Source: Octopus sinensis
Taxonomy: Eukaryota
Reading direction: 5' to 3'
Length of the DNA stretch: 64,000 nucleotides
NCBI RefSeq assembly: GCF_006345805.1
Contig: NC_042999.1
Span: forward strand, 21,452,001 to 21,516,000
In this document: positions 13,045 to 26,127 of the stretch, piece by piece
Layout: the number at the start of each line of letters is the position of its first letter
Numbering within the stretch: the first letter of the stretch is position 1
Notes under the pieces: generated by a model
The model's input: only the letters and a program-made list of their open reading frames with translations
Told to the model about the DNA's origin: nothing
The model's database searches: none
Made by a program: the position numbers and the translations under genes

Positions 13045-13245
13045 AGTTTGTGTGTTTGCGTTTGGCTCCCTACCACCGCTTGACAACCGATGTTGGTGTG
13101 TTTAAGTCCCCGTAACCTAACAGTTCGGAAAAGGAGGCTGACAAAATAAGTACTAGGCTCACAAAGAATAAGTTCGATTTCTTCGACTTAAGGCAGGGCT
13201 CCAACATGGCTGCAATCAAATAACTGAAACAAGAAAAGCAAAGAA
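13045..13245 (+). mobile_element. SINE family A 3' half
   Basis: cttgacaaccgatg...ggctccaacatggctgcaatcaaataactgaaacaag. Confidence 0.8.
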
Positions 13246-13589
13246 ATAACGAAACATCATAAACATCTTATGACAATATTGAAGGAGAATTCAGAAAGCA
13301 ATAATGATAGCCGAATGGATGTGCGTCTTCGGAAAGCTGCCAGAGTACATAAAAAAAAAAACAATTGTAGCAAATCCTTTTACTTGGACAAAAATCCTTC
13401 TGTTTACTGAGAATCAAACTTGGGATTATATTTCAATGGCATTCGATGAAATCATCTTCCATTTAAACCGAGTGAATTATCGGATTTCCTTAATATATTT
13501 ATGATCACTAAATTTCATTGTCGAATTCCTGCATATAAATGATGTCTTTTGAGATATTGGCTATTGGTCCGAAAACAAAAATCATAATA

Positions 13590-13661
13590 ACCATACACGT
13601 GACTTGTAGTAGTAGCAGCAACAGCAGCAGTGGTAGTAGTAGTGGCAGGAGCTGCAGCAGC

Positions 13662-13702
<41 letters not shown>

Positions 13703-13822
13703 CGTAGGGGCTAGTGGTCGTCGTCATCGTCGTCGTAGCAATAGTTGTACTTGTAGTAAGTGTAATCAGTAAGAGAGTTATGTTGTGATGATGATGATGA
13801 TGATGATGATGATGACGTTGAA

Positions 13823-13858
<36 letters not shown>

Positions 13859-14170
13859 CACGATGATGATGATCACGATGATAAGGATAAAGATGTAGGG
13901 GAATAGAGGGGGAAGTAGAAGTACTGTGATAGACGTGGCGGCAGTGGTTGTGTATGTGGTGTTCGCGTCCGTGGTGGTAGAGATATTGACAATGAAGATG
14001 AAGACGGCGATAATGATTATTATGATGTTGATGAAGAAGAAGAAGAAGAAGAAGAAGAAGAAGAGAAAGAGAAGGAGAAGGAGGAGAAGAATAAGTAAGA
14101 TAAGAAGAAGGAGAAGAAGAAGAAGAAGAAATCAGAGAGGAGAAGGGGAGGAGGAGAAGAATAAGTAAGA

Positions 14171-14201
<31 letters not shown>

Positions 14202-14395
14202 AGAAAGAGAAAGAGAAGGAGAAGGAGAAGAAGGAGTAGAAGGAGTAAGATAAGAAGAAGAAGAAGAAGAAGAAGAAGAAAGAAGAAAGAGGAGGAGGAA
14301 GAGAAAGTGAAGAAGTAGTAGTAGAAGAAGAAAAAGAAAAAGAAAGAGGAGGAGGAAGAGAAGAAGGAGAGGAAAGAGGAGGATGACAATGCTAA
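13590..14395. repeat. Compound trinucleotide low-complexity block ((AGT)n, (GAT)n, (AAG)n)
   Basis: Direct reading; it explains the poly-H/T/L/S ORFs. Confidence 0.95.
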
Positions 14396-14866
14396 CAAAT
14401 TTTTTTAATATGTAAAAATTTGAAAGCACTGAAAATGCATCGGCGTGTGTGTGATAGTATCTATATATGTAAATATGCGTATAAATATATTTATATATAT
14501 ATACATAATATTACGTGAGTAATAATCTTATAGCGTGTTTCCCAAAACATTTCTGCTGGTTTCGACTATCACATAGAGTAAAACATATTTCCTTCGATAT
14601 ACATGCAGAAATCAGCGAGTACCCGTAGAATTCATATGAAAAATTTTAATTACAGGAGATACAATGAAAAGGTTTTATTAGAAATTACTCCAGCTGAAGA
14701 CGTGCATGTATGTACCCATTCTTCATTTATGTTAATGCAACAATTCATATAATATACATAACCTCCCGCAATTACAAGCTGATACTGATGTGACGAAACA
14801 ATTGTAGTAATTAAGGCTGTTCATTCTATCTCCTCGCATATAAATACTCTTTTGTGTGTGTATATA

Positions 14867-16225
14867 CAGGGTGGAGAAGCAAAATTTACAATATTTTGAG
14901 GCAGGGATTGAAAGACATTGTATGACCAATTAGTTTATTGAAAGTAATGAGAATTATTTGCCACAAGAAAATTTACACAATAGAAAATGTTTTTATTCTA
15001 TACTAGCAGTATCGCCCGGCGTGCTCAGGTTTGTAAGGGAAATAACTATAAAGCTTTTTAGAGAGTTATAGCCAAAAAAATAGCAAAAAAAATGGAAAAA
15101 ATGATGGTAAATCTTTTTGAGTTAAAAAAGGTGGAGTTGCGTCCCTAGAGCGGTCTGTGGTTTGGGTTTCTGATTCTCGACCCCATGTCGAATTTATCGA
15201 TTTTTTTCAGAACTGGGGGACTTTTCAAAATTTTCGCTGCGTTAGTTTTGAATTATGACATTGGGCTATGTGTGTGTCAATTTTCATCAGATCGGTTGAA
15301 AGCCGTGGTCAGAGTGAGGGTACGAGAAACTGACACACAGAAAACGCACAGACAAACTGCCGTTTATATAGAGAGAGATGTGCTCCTTCTTTCTCAATAT
15401 CTGCCTTCACAGGCTTCCTGAAACTTGCGCAAGTGTCCCTCAAATATTCGGGAGACAAAGTCTCCCATTCTTCTTTAATAGTATATTTAAGAGAGTCGAC
15501 ATTACTGTGTGATGTTCTATTTGTAGCATGTTCTAAAACGCCCCAAATAGCATAATCCAGAGGGTTTAGATCTGGGCTAGAAGGTGGCCATAAACATGAT
15601 TCCAAAAAATTGATAAAGTTGGATTTGCAGAAATCTTGTATTTTTCTAGCTGTGTGGGCTGGAGCACCATCCTGTGTCCATACATAATTACCATCTGGGT
15701 AGTTTGCTTTAAGCCATAGCAATACCTGGTATCTCAGAGTCTTGTAGTAAGTATTAACATTGATCTTTTCATCAGCTTTGTAGAATTTTATACGCACTTT
15801 CTTTTTATCGGAAACCAACAACACCAAAAGCCATAAGTTGAGCAGGATGTTTTGTTTTGAATGTCCCCTTAACCTCAGCTGTTGATTTTGCAATAAGTCT
15901 GTCATTTCTGCGGTTCATAAAAGCATCGACACTGAAGATCTTTTCATGTGAAAAGATCGTTACAATGGAGGACATTTTCCTGAACCAAGTAATAATTTTC
16001 TTGCACCTTTCCAATCTTTTTTCCATCATAGCTGTTGTCAACAAGTGTTTTGGTGTTCTTGTGTAAGAGTTTAACCTCAAATCATATTTTACTGCATTTC
16101 TAAGGGTCTTGTTGACTACCTCAAGTTCGATTGCCATTTTTCTCTTGGATTTGGTTGGATCCTTTAGGATTTTGGATTTGAGAGCTTTAATAAAAACGTT
16201 GGTACGTTTTTTGTTGTTCACTGGG
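14867..16225 (-). mobile_element. Tc1/mariner DD37D (maT-type) element, 5'-truncated and frameshifted, interrupted by a Helitron at 15003-15378
   Basis: QDGAPAH...WPPSSPDLNPLDY with 37 residues between the 2nd and 3rd Asp; the first Asp is changed to His (FSHEKIF). TA+CAGGGTGGAGAAGCAAAATTTAC terminus at 14865. The C-terminus EGAHIE* is restored by removing the Helitron. Confidence 0.9.
15003..15378 (-). mobile_element. Non-autonomous Helitron, variant 5' half
   Basis: On the minus strand: 5' TC, 3' CTAG and a GC-rich subterminal hairpin; inserted between A and T with no TSD. Confidence 0.85.
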
Positions 16226-16849
16226 TTTGTAAAACAGAGCAAAGCTACAGGAAAGCAAAAGACGAATGATCACAATAAGCAGTCCCTACCCTAGTCTTTA
16301 CCACTCCCAATGTAGGATTCCTGACCATCCAGGTGACAGACACAGCCGTAAGATGCATTACGAATCTATAGCAATTGGAAGGGCGTGACCCAACTGAAAT
16401 AAACATTAACAACTTGGTGGCGTTAGGGCTAAGGAGAAATGAAAGTTGGAGTTTTGCAAATGACCCCTATACTGATATGTAACTGGATAGAATAAATTTA
16501 CAATCTATAAATGCCTTTGAATAACTAGTCACTCATCTGGGAAGGCCTTAAAATTAATGTTACCATGTGGGGACTATGTTTGACCGAGTGATAATAAAAA
16601 GACTGTAAGGAGGTCTGTAATCAAATAACTTTATTCAACACTTCGCAACTGAATCAGTGGAGGCAAAGATGCCTCTCATTGACTTGACAATTTATGCAGC
16701 ACATTGCAGAAATCCCTGTTTCACCATTGAATTAAAAATAATGCTCATCTTCTATGCTCGGATGACCTACAGCTTCCAAGAGTACAATTATTCATCTTTG
16801 CTTAGATAAAATGACAAAATTGTGGGTGTTAAGTCCCCATGAAGGGATC

Positions 16850-17460
16850 TTTCTAACTTGTAAGAAGATGAAATTTTATAAATATTACTTCATTTGTATC
16901 TAATATCTATGGTTAAAATTTCACCAACAGTAAAAATATATGAATTGCCATGGGGGTTATGGCCCTTATGCATAGAATATAATTTCCAAATTTCGTAAAG
17001 GTCCATTCAGTACTTTTGACTTAGTTTTGGATCATAAAAGAAATAACTAAAATTTGGGAGTTAAGGCCCCCATTAGGGTGTCATAGAATCCTTATGTGAA
17101 GTGGAAACTTTGAGAATACTTCTTGATGTGTGTCAATTACCCAAGGTTGAAATTTCATCAACATCGAAAATTTATGTATTTTCATGGGGGGGGGGGGGGG
17201 GTTCTACCTTTAAGCCATCCGAAATTCAAACCAAACATATTGCATTATACCCGCCCTTATGCATTGAATCTAAGTTTCAAATATCATAAGGATCCATTCA
17301 GAAATTTTGGTCCATGAAATTGTATGAAACACACAGCATTACCCTTCTACCTGGGCTTCGATTTTGTGTTCCAAATTTCATTATGATCGGTGCAGCAGCA
17401 ATTGTCGAATGTATAAGTAATACACGAACACATAAAGACATTGTCTTTGATATAATAAAT
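16850..17460. mobile_element. Degenerate Helitron-like non-autonomous element
   Basis: aaatttcattatgatcggtgcagc...gaacacataaagaca motif arrangement, similar to the ends of the other Helitron copies; termini unclear. Confidence 0.4.
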
Positions 17461-17531
17461 ATGAATGTACACATATACATACATGTATAAATATATGTGT
17501 GTGTGCTTGCGCGCGTGTGTGTGTATTATAC

Positions 17532-17600
<69 letters not shown>

Positions 17601-17684
17601 ATATATACACACACATAAAGATAAATTGATAGATACAACTGAGTGGGAAAACAAAAATATGAGGCACAGTGTAGTGCTTTTTTA

Positions 17685-18330
17685 TGTTGATAAGCCTGGT
17701 ACTTATTCTATTAGTTTCTTCTTATGAAACCAGTAAGTTATGGGGATGTAAATAAACGAACAGCAGTTGTGAAGCACTGATGAGAGTGAAAGACAGAAAC
17801 AAAGTCACACACATACACTTAAATATATGCATACATATATATACGATTGATTTCTTTAAGTTTCTGATTACGAAATCACTCTATATATATGTATGTACAC
17901 ACACACACACACACACATACACACACACACAAAGATATATTGTGTGGGCAAACAAAAATATGAGATACTGCCTAGGTGTTTTTTTAAAATTTTTATTAGC
18001 CTGGTACTTACTCTATCAGTTTCTTCTTGTGAAACCAGTAAGTTATGGGGATGTAAATAAACAAACACCAGTTGTGAGGTTGTGATGAAGGAGAAACACA
18101 AAGACACACACACAGAGTTACACATATACATACATATATATACGATTGATTTCTTTCAGTTTCTGTCTACAAAATCCCCTGACAAGGCTTTGGTTGGTCT
18201 GGGGCTATAGCAGAAGACACAAGCCAAGTCACCACACAGTGGAACTGAAATGAGGACCATGTGTTTTGGAACGAAGTTTGTTACCACACAGCCACACCTG
18301 CACCTATGTATGTGTGTGTGTTGGGGTGTG
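17685..18330 (-). mobile_element. Degenerate SINE family A with a partial local duplication (17685-17800 vs 17990-18100)
   Basis: Repeated agcctggtactta...gaaaccagtaagttatggggatgtaaataaac block. Confidence 0.7.
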
Positions 18331-18849
18331 GTTGAGGTGTGTGTATGGGTGTATATATATGTATGCATGTATATCTGTGAATATATATGTGTACATATTA
18401 CATGTACATCTATATATATACATCTACACATATACATGTATACATATACATCTATATGTATAGAAATAAATGTATACATATACAGCTATACAAGCACACA
18501 CATACATAGGTGCAAGTGTGGCTGTGTGGTAATAAACTTGTTTCCAAAACACATGGTCCTGGGTTTAAATATAAACTTAAAATCATAAGGGTGAGACATT
18601 GAATATTAATTTGATTAATATAACTTGAAAACCAGTGGTGTAGCATATAAGACCATAGCGGATCTTCTTCTAGCAAAATGGATGTCCACTGTTAACGGTT
18701 CATCACTCTTGTGTAGTTTCACTTTAATAGTTTCAGTATTACAGTGAAAGTATCTGACATTACAATAGAGAGATGTTTTTGTTTCACTTTTAACACGTAA
18801 TACTGAAATAGTGGAGAAGATATGATATTGCTGTGGGCTCGCCCTAGGC

Positions 18850-19010
18850 AAGAAGTTAGAAGGTTTTTTGCCGAAGACACTCCCTGGACCCTAAGTAAGG
18901 CATGTGTAAAATTTTAATGAAATTGGTTGTGCAGTTCTCAAGTGTTAGGGATTCATACAGACAGACAGACATACAGACAAACACACATTCTGAGTTTTAT
19001 ATATATACAT
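18850..19010. mobile_element. Helitron-like fragment
   Basis: aaaattttaatgaaattggttg...(acag)n...ttttatatatata arrangement. Confidence 0.4.
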
Positions 19011-19514
19011 TACACCGCCCCGCACACTCTAGCACCGATCACTTCCCAGCACCCACACCATCCTCTACACACCTACACATGCACATACGCACGCGTCCAG
19101 GTCACCAGCCCCTATCCACACGCAAATATACCCTCCCAAATACACATGCACGCGCAACTTTGCTTTAGGATCACCACTACTTTTTCATCTCCCCTTCTTC
19201 GCCATGACTGATCACTCACAACTAAACCATTTTATTTTCTCTCTCTGTTTATTTCTGTATTCTTTTCTGTTGCAGAGCGTAGGATTGTCGTTCATTTAGG
19301 AGATTTTAGGATGATAGAGCATTTTATTGTTCTATTTCATTCAAGACGTTCTCAATACAATAAATTCTGAACCCAGCATGTGGTCAGCTGCTATAGAGTG
19401 GGGTTTGTTGACCGCATTGTATAATACCACCATGTCGCTATGGAATGGTGAATCAATTTTTTTTTGTTCTCTGAAAAAGCAACATATTGGACTTACGTCA
19501 CTTTTGCGTAATAG

Positions 19515-19557
<43 letters not shown>

Positions 19558-19572
19558 TATATAATATATATA

Positions 19573-19604
<32 letters not shown>

Positions 19605-19714
19605 ATGTGTCTGTGTGTGTACGTGTATGTATATATCTATATATATGTATGTATATATATATATATATATATTCATACACATATATATATATATATTTTA
19701 TATATATATATATA

Positions 19715-20098
19715 CTAGCAGTATCGCCCGGCGTTGCTCGGGTTTGTAAGGGAAATAACTATATAAGCATTTTTAGAGTTGTAAAGTATAATAGCCATCT
19801 CAATATGGCTAACCACAAAGGGATGGGGGTGTTACTGTAGCTTTTTACGTTCTGAGATTTAATAAATTTTTAGAGAGTTACTTCCCTTATGTATGCCAAA
19901 AATGCATTAAAAATTGGAAAAATTGATGGTAATTTTTTTTTTAAATCGTAGATCCATCGTAGACGCGCGCTAATACCCAGAAGGGCTCGATATGAATCAC
20001 GACTATAAGGTACCCGGTTTTGGTTAAACTGCACCGCAAAATGTGGGAGTAGTTTGGAATCTAAATCGTAGGGGACAAACAGCACACAACCTCACTTT

Positions 20099-20108
<10 letters not shown>
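19715..20108 (-). mobile_element. Non-autonomous Helitron (about 400-bp family)
   Basis: Plus strand begins actagcagtatcgcccggcgttgctcggg (minus-strand hairpin followed by CTAG); matches the copies at 34282, 38028 and 55462. Confidence 0.88.
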
Positions 20109-20182
<74 letters not shown>

Positions 20183-20241
20183 ATGTATAATATAATACAA
20201 TACAATATAATGTAATGTAATATAATATAATATATTAGTAA

Positions 20242-20410
20242 GGGCGCTTGACCAGGTGGTTAATGGGCTGCTCACGAGATCATAGCTTCAGTTCCTAGAC
20301 CAGGTGGTGGATTGTATTCTTGAGCAAAATGATTCATCTCATGTTGCTCTTCGACGCCTGATCTGTGGTACACCTGTGCACCTGTCCAGGCAAGGTGGAT
20401 TTCATGTATG
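20242..20410 (+). mobile_element. Degenerate SINE family D
   Basis: ttcttgagcaaaa core and a decayed tRNA-like head. Confidence 0.5.
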
Positions 20411-20533
20411 GCACATACCTTTGATTACTATAAATAAAATAATTGTGCACGTTGTTCGGCCTAAGCTGAATACTCATACGTCGTCTTCGACTGGAGAGTC
20501 CATTATTTATATATTATATATATATAATATATT

Positions 20534-20581
<48 letters not shown>

Positions 20582-20586
<5 letters not shown>

Positions 20587-21580
20587 TAAAAATTGAGGGA
20601 GATAAATTAATATTAATTTTAATATCAATTTAAAACCAGTAGTCCAGCATTCAAAAAATCTGAGGAGTCAGAGAAAATTCAAATATATGTGTATATTGGC
20701 AGGGCTGGCCTGCTAGGTAGCCGGCCAGAATGCTAGAAATAGATCATAAACGATCAAACTACAAGGGAAATTCTCTAGAGGAAGAATTCAGCGAACACCA
20801 GAACCAAATTTGGCGGGCAGGACATATGAAAAATTAAATAAAAAACAGACTTAAATGCATACCTCGGTTTCGGTCTTAACAAAAGAATTACTTGCATAAT
20901 TCAAGTGTCCGTGACTTCTTCAGTACATTCGGTCCTCGAGATGCAAACTGAAAGACTAACCCCAGCCCTCCGTGTCAAGACAGACACGTGCTTAGTCTTA
21001 CTGATTACATCGGGAATAAAATTTCAAATGTCTTGGTTCCGGCGCGCTAAGAGACTCCTGAAGCGAAGGGCTGCAGTGAATAATTCACTTCGGGTAAAGC
21101 TTACTACTAGGGAACGTATTTATTTAAATATTTAAAAATTGAGGGAGATAAATTAATATTAATTTTAATATCAATTTAAAACCAGTAGTCCTGCATTCAA
21201 AACATCTGTGGAGTCAGAGAAAATTCAAATATATGTGTATATTGGCAGGGCTGGCCTGCTAGGTAGCCGGCGAGAATGCTAGAAATAGATCATAAACGAT
21301 CAAACTACAAGGGAGACTACGGCAGCGGTACTGGATATTAATAGTTATCACCAAGCTAATATGGCAGCCCAGAAATATAGGACGAATGCTGTCGTTGATT
21401 AGCTCAAAGAGGCCATCGCCTCTAGCTAGCTATGTGACACACGAACCTGTGTATATATATATATAAATATGTAGGTCCCGGGTTGAGTCGGGGTTAACCA
21501 CAGTAAATAAGGTACTCAATACATAGCAGAGTAAATTAATTTATTTTATAGAAGGAGCTTCTACAGGACATAACACGCAC
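20582..21580 (-). mobile_element. Penelope-like or retrozyme-like non-autonomous element with an internal direct repeat (20582-20773 = 21126-21313) and a hammerhead
   Basis: Direct repeat of about 190 bp, a (TA)n flank and a hammerhead fold at 20853-20930; no ORF seen. Confidence 0.6.
20853..20930 (-). ncRNA. Type I hammerhead ribozyme motif (family 2)
   Basis: Minus strand: gaatgta-CTGAAGA-agtc...gacc-GAA-AC-cgag-GT-A-tgcattt. Stem I has 7 bp, the cleavage triplet is GUA, and position 10.1-11.1 is an A-C mismatch. Confidence 0.7.
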
Positions 21581-21647
21581 ACCTATATGTGTATGAATGA
21601 TTGGGTGTATGCATACTGCTATACCTTTATACATTTATGCATATATA

Positions 21648-21678
<31 letters not shown>

Positions 21679-22704
21679 AAATTTAAAAATTGAGGGAGAT
21701 AAATTAATATTAATTTTAATATCAATTTAAAACCAGTAGTCCAGCATTCAAAAAATCTGAGGAGTCAGAGAAAATTCAAATATATGTGTATATTGGCAGG
21801 GCTGGCCTGCTAGGTATAGCCGGCCAGAATGCTAGAAATAGATCATAAACGATCAAACTACAAGGGAAATTCTCTAGAGGAAGAATTCAGCGAACACCAG
21901 AACCAAATTTGGCGGGCAGGACATATGAAAAATTAATAAAAAACAGACTTAAATGCATACCTCGGTTTCGGTCTTAACAAAAGAATTACTTGCATAATTC
22001 AAGTGTCCGTGACTTCTTCAGTACATTCGGTCCTCGAGATGCAAACTGAAAGACTACCCCCAGCCCTCCGTGTCAAGACAGACACGTGCTTAGTCTTACT
22101 GATTACATCGGGAATAAAATTCAAATGTCTTGGTTCCGGCGCGCTAGAGACCTGAGCTTGAAGCGAGAGGGCTGCAGTGAATAATTCACTTCGGGTAAAG
22201 CTTACTACTAGGGAACGTATTTATTTAAATATTTAAAAATTGAGGAGATAAATTAATATTAATTTTAATATCAATTTAAAACCAGTAGTCCTGCATTCAA
22301 AACATCTGTGGAGTCAGAGAAAATTCAAATATAGTGTATATTGGCAGGCTGGCCTGCTAGGTAGCCGGCGAGAATGCTAGAAATAGATCATAAACGATCA
22401 AACTACAAGGGAGACTACGGCGCGGTACTGGATATTAATAGTTATCACCAAGCTAATATGGCAGCCCAGAAATATAGGACGAATGCTGTCGTTGATTAGC
22501 TCAAAGAGGCCATCGCCTCTAGCTAGCTATGTGACACACGAACCTGTGTATATATATATATAAATATGTAGGTCCCGGGTTGAGTCGGGGTTAACCACAG
22601 TAAATAAGGTACTCAATACATAGCAGAGTAAATTAATTTATTTTATAGAAGGAGCTTCTACAGGACATAACACGCACACATATATGTGTATATGAATGAT
22701 TGGG
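21679..22704. repeat. Indel-rich second copy of 20582-21605 ending at the gap; includes a hammerhead copy at 21951-22028
   Basis: Near-identical to the first copy except for 1-bp indels, and it terminates at the N run. Confidence 0.9.
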
Positions 22705-22804
22705 NNNNNNNNNNNNNNNNNNNNNNNNNNNNNNNNNNNNNNNNNNNNNNNNNNNNNNNNNNNNNNNNNNNNNNNNNNNNNNNNNNNNNNNNNNNNNNNN
22801 NNNN
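22705..22804. other. Assembly gap (100 N)
   Basis: N run. Confidence 1.
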
Positions 22805-22807
22805 TAC

Positions 22808-22839
<32 letters not shown>

Positions 22840-22979
22840 ATATATATATATATAGTATATATATATTGTATGTATATATATGTATATATGTATGTTTTCG
22901 GTTGTCTGTGTGTAAAAATACGCTTATCAGTGTTTGCATACACAGACACACACGCATACCTAACACTTACATATGCTAT

Positions 22980-23048
<69 letters not shown>

Positions 23049-23930
23049 TTACTTGGAGAACAGAAAGGAAACGAAACGATATATATATATATATATATAT
23101 ATTCAGCATGAAGGAGTGAGGTGGGCTGACAAGCAGAGAGAAAGGAGGAGAGAAAAAGAAAGACTAAATGGGAGAGTGAAATGTGGAGGCTGGGTGATAC
23201 CTAAATATTTATATAGGACTCTCTACGTAGACGTTATTGTAAACAGTAAACGTTTCTGATAGATATAAATATAACATAATGATAACGACTTTTTTTTAAC
23301 AAAATAGACGAAATGTAATCTTTCATATTAGTTTGTTTATATGAATCGACCTTATTACATAACAGGTACTTATTTGATTAAGCTAGCCAACCTCTACCCC
23401 GATAGGAATCACTGCCGAATTACCGACAAATCGCTAGTTCTAGTCTGTTCTGTATAACGGGTTCGTTAAGACGGAACTTATCCTGGTTTCCTGACTGTCA
23501 AGCAAATATAAAGACGTGCTTATGAGCAGTACGTCATACCCTGGGTTGTAGGGAAAGACCTTCCCACCTTCACGGGGACTCGTTTTCGGCTACGTAGGCT
23601 AAACCAGTGTGTAACAGAGTGTCTTGCTCAAGGTTATAAATACACCACCCTGAATAAAAACTTCAGCCTTCTAATCGTAACACCAGCACATTCAGTTAGT
23701 CAGCTGCCTTCATTACACACGCGTACACACACTCATACACACAATTACACACTGAGACACACACACACACACACGCACACACACATATATATTCTTTTAT
23801 TCTTTCGGTTGTTTCAGTCATATGAGTGCGGCCATGCTAGAGCACCGTCTTTAGTCGATGATACATATATACATACACACATACATACACACACATATAT
23901 ATGTGTATATATATATATATATATATACAC

Positions 23931-23985
<55 letters not shown>

Positions 23986-23999
23986 ATATATATATAATT

Positions 24000-24202
24000 G
24001 TGAATTGAAGAAATGGAGTTGAACGAAGATGAACAGAATTCCTTTTATTGCATTCTACACATGTTTCAAAAGCCACAATTTTCCTTATTTAATGTATCCT
24101 TATTTAATCAGAATTTGGAAAATTGTGGCTTTTGAAACATGTGTAGAATGCAATAAAAGGAATTCTGTTCAATCTTCGTTCAACTCCATTTCTTCAATTC
24201 AC
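24000..24202. repeat. Fold-back inverted repeat, 85/86-bp arms, 32-nt spacer
   Basis: 24000-24084 pairs with 24117-24202 with one indel. Confidence 0.92.
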
Positions 24203-24387
24203 TAATAATATTAAAATTCAATTATCCGCACCAATGCACGGTTGCAACACCAACATGGTTTTATCTCCAACCGTGCTTTCTTCTGCTGTGATTTTTGCTA
24301 CCAAGGTATCGGTTAAACTTTTGATTAATCTGCAACAAGATTATTCATCTTTCTATATATATATATAATATATATATTTATATATAT

Positions 24388-24424
<37 letters not shown>

Positions 24425-24475
24425 ATATATACAGATATTATATATATATATATATATTATATATATATATATATC

Positions 24476-24509
<34 letters not shown>

Positions 24510-24856
24510 CAAACAGACAGACAGATAGACAGGCAGGCAGCCGACAGGCAGATAAACATATAGATATATACGTAATCTATTGTTGATTTTGGTGTCTAGC
24601 CCTAGTCAGATCAGATTGAGTAGACGTATGACTTACAGTATCCAGGCCGTTGTCGTTCCATCATTTTTCTGTCAAAATATGGCTGAGACTATTTTAATTT
24701 GTATGAGATTCTTTTATTTTTAGCCAGAATTGTATGAATAATGAATAATGCTAAATATATGTTGATCTTGTGGGTTGATTCTCGCAACGGCCGTTTTGAT
24801 GTGTACGTGAACAAGACTATATATATAGAGATAATATATATAAAGATATATATATC

Positions 24857-24888
<32 letters not shown>

Positions 24889-24914
24889 TATATAGTATAT
24901 ATATATAATATATA

Positions 24915-25010
<96 letters not shown>

Positions 25011-25014
25011 ATTT

Positions 25015-25061
<47 letters not shown>

Positions 25062-25132
25062 CTATATTATATAATATATATATATATATATATATATCTA
25101 TATATATATATATAGATATATATATATATATC

Positions 25133-25200
<68 letters not shown>

Positions 25201-25209
25201 ATATATATA

Positions 25210-25600
25210 GGCGCAGGAGTGGCTCTGTGGTAAGTAGCTTGCTAACCAACCACATGGTTCCGGGTTCAATCCCACTGCGTGGCATCTTGGGCAAGTGTCT
25301 TCTGCTATAGCCCAGGGCCGACCAATGCCTTGTGAGTGGATTTGGTAGACGAAACTGAAAGAAGCCTGTCATACATATATATATGTATGTGTGTGTGTTT
25401 GTGTGTCTGTGTTTGTTCCCCTAGCATTGCTTACAACCGATGCTGGTGTGTTTACGTCCCCGTCACTTAGCGGTTCGGCAACAAGAGACCGATAGAATAA
25501 GTACTGGGCTTACGAAAAGATAAGTCCCGGGGTCGCGAGTTGCTCGACTAAAGGCGGTGCTCCAGCATGGCCGCAGTCAAATGACTGAAACAGTAAAAGA
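25210..25600 (+). mobile_element. SINE family A, full length
   Basis: ggcgcaggagtggct head, B-box gggttcaatccc, internal microsatellite and stem-loop tail. Confidence 0.92.
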
Positions 25601-25630
25601 TTAAAGTGTAAAGAGTATATATATATATAT

Positions 25631-25663
<33 letters not shown>

Positions 25664-26127
25664 TAGATAGATAGATAGATAGATAGACAGATAGAGAGAT
25701 AGAGATTTGTATTTTCTTATGTGTGTGTGCGTGCGCGTATGTGTGTGTGTATTGTCATGTTGAATCTGTCGATCATCCGATCGATTGTGATGTGATTGTT
25801 TTTGGGATCTAATTCTCATCCCGAGGAAAACACTTAACTTACTATATCAAGATGCAATTTTTAATTTTTGATTTATTAATTTGTAATTAAATGAATTGTG
25901 TATGGAAGCGATTGTAGGTAACACAGAATGTTTTTAAAACATAAATTAAATGTTATTGGTTAAAACTTTCCATTTTCTCCTTATAATATATTATATTGAA
26001 ATATATATCGAAGTGTAATAATAATTAAACTCCAGGACATACTTAATTGGTGCCTATTTTAAACAATAAACACCAATACTATTAAGTTACACTGGACTCT
26101 TTGGATTTTCATTTTTGTTTTTTATCA

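Noticed and set aside
13515-14429. Long ORFs (304 aa here; also 56518-57230, 58560-58907 and all YI/HT/CV-rich ORFs)
   Set aside because: They are translations of di- and trinucleotide microsatellites with no domain content.
16440-16470. Possible second TIR of the DD37D mariner
   Set aside because: It has only patchy similarity to the 14867 end, and the transposase N-terminus is missing in between.
17770-17810. CTGATGA...GAAAC as a hammerhead
   Set aside because: There is no convincing stem II or stem I pairing, and it lies in decayed SINE A sequence.
23560-23615. Minus-strand gccGAAAacgaGTC as a hammerhead half
   Set aside because: The upstream sequence is CTGGTTTA, not CTGANGA.
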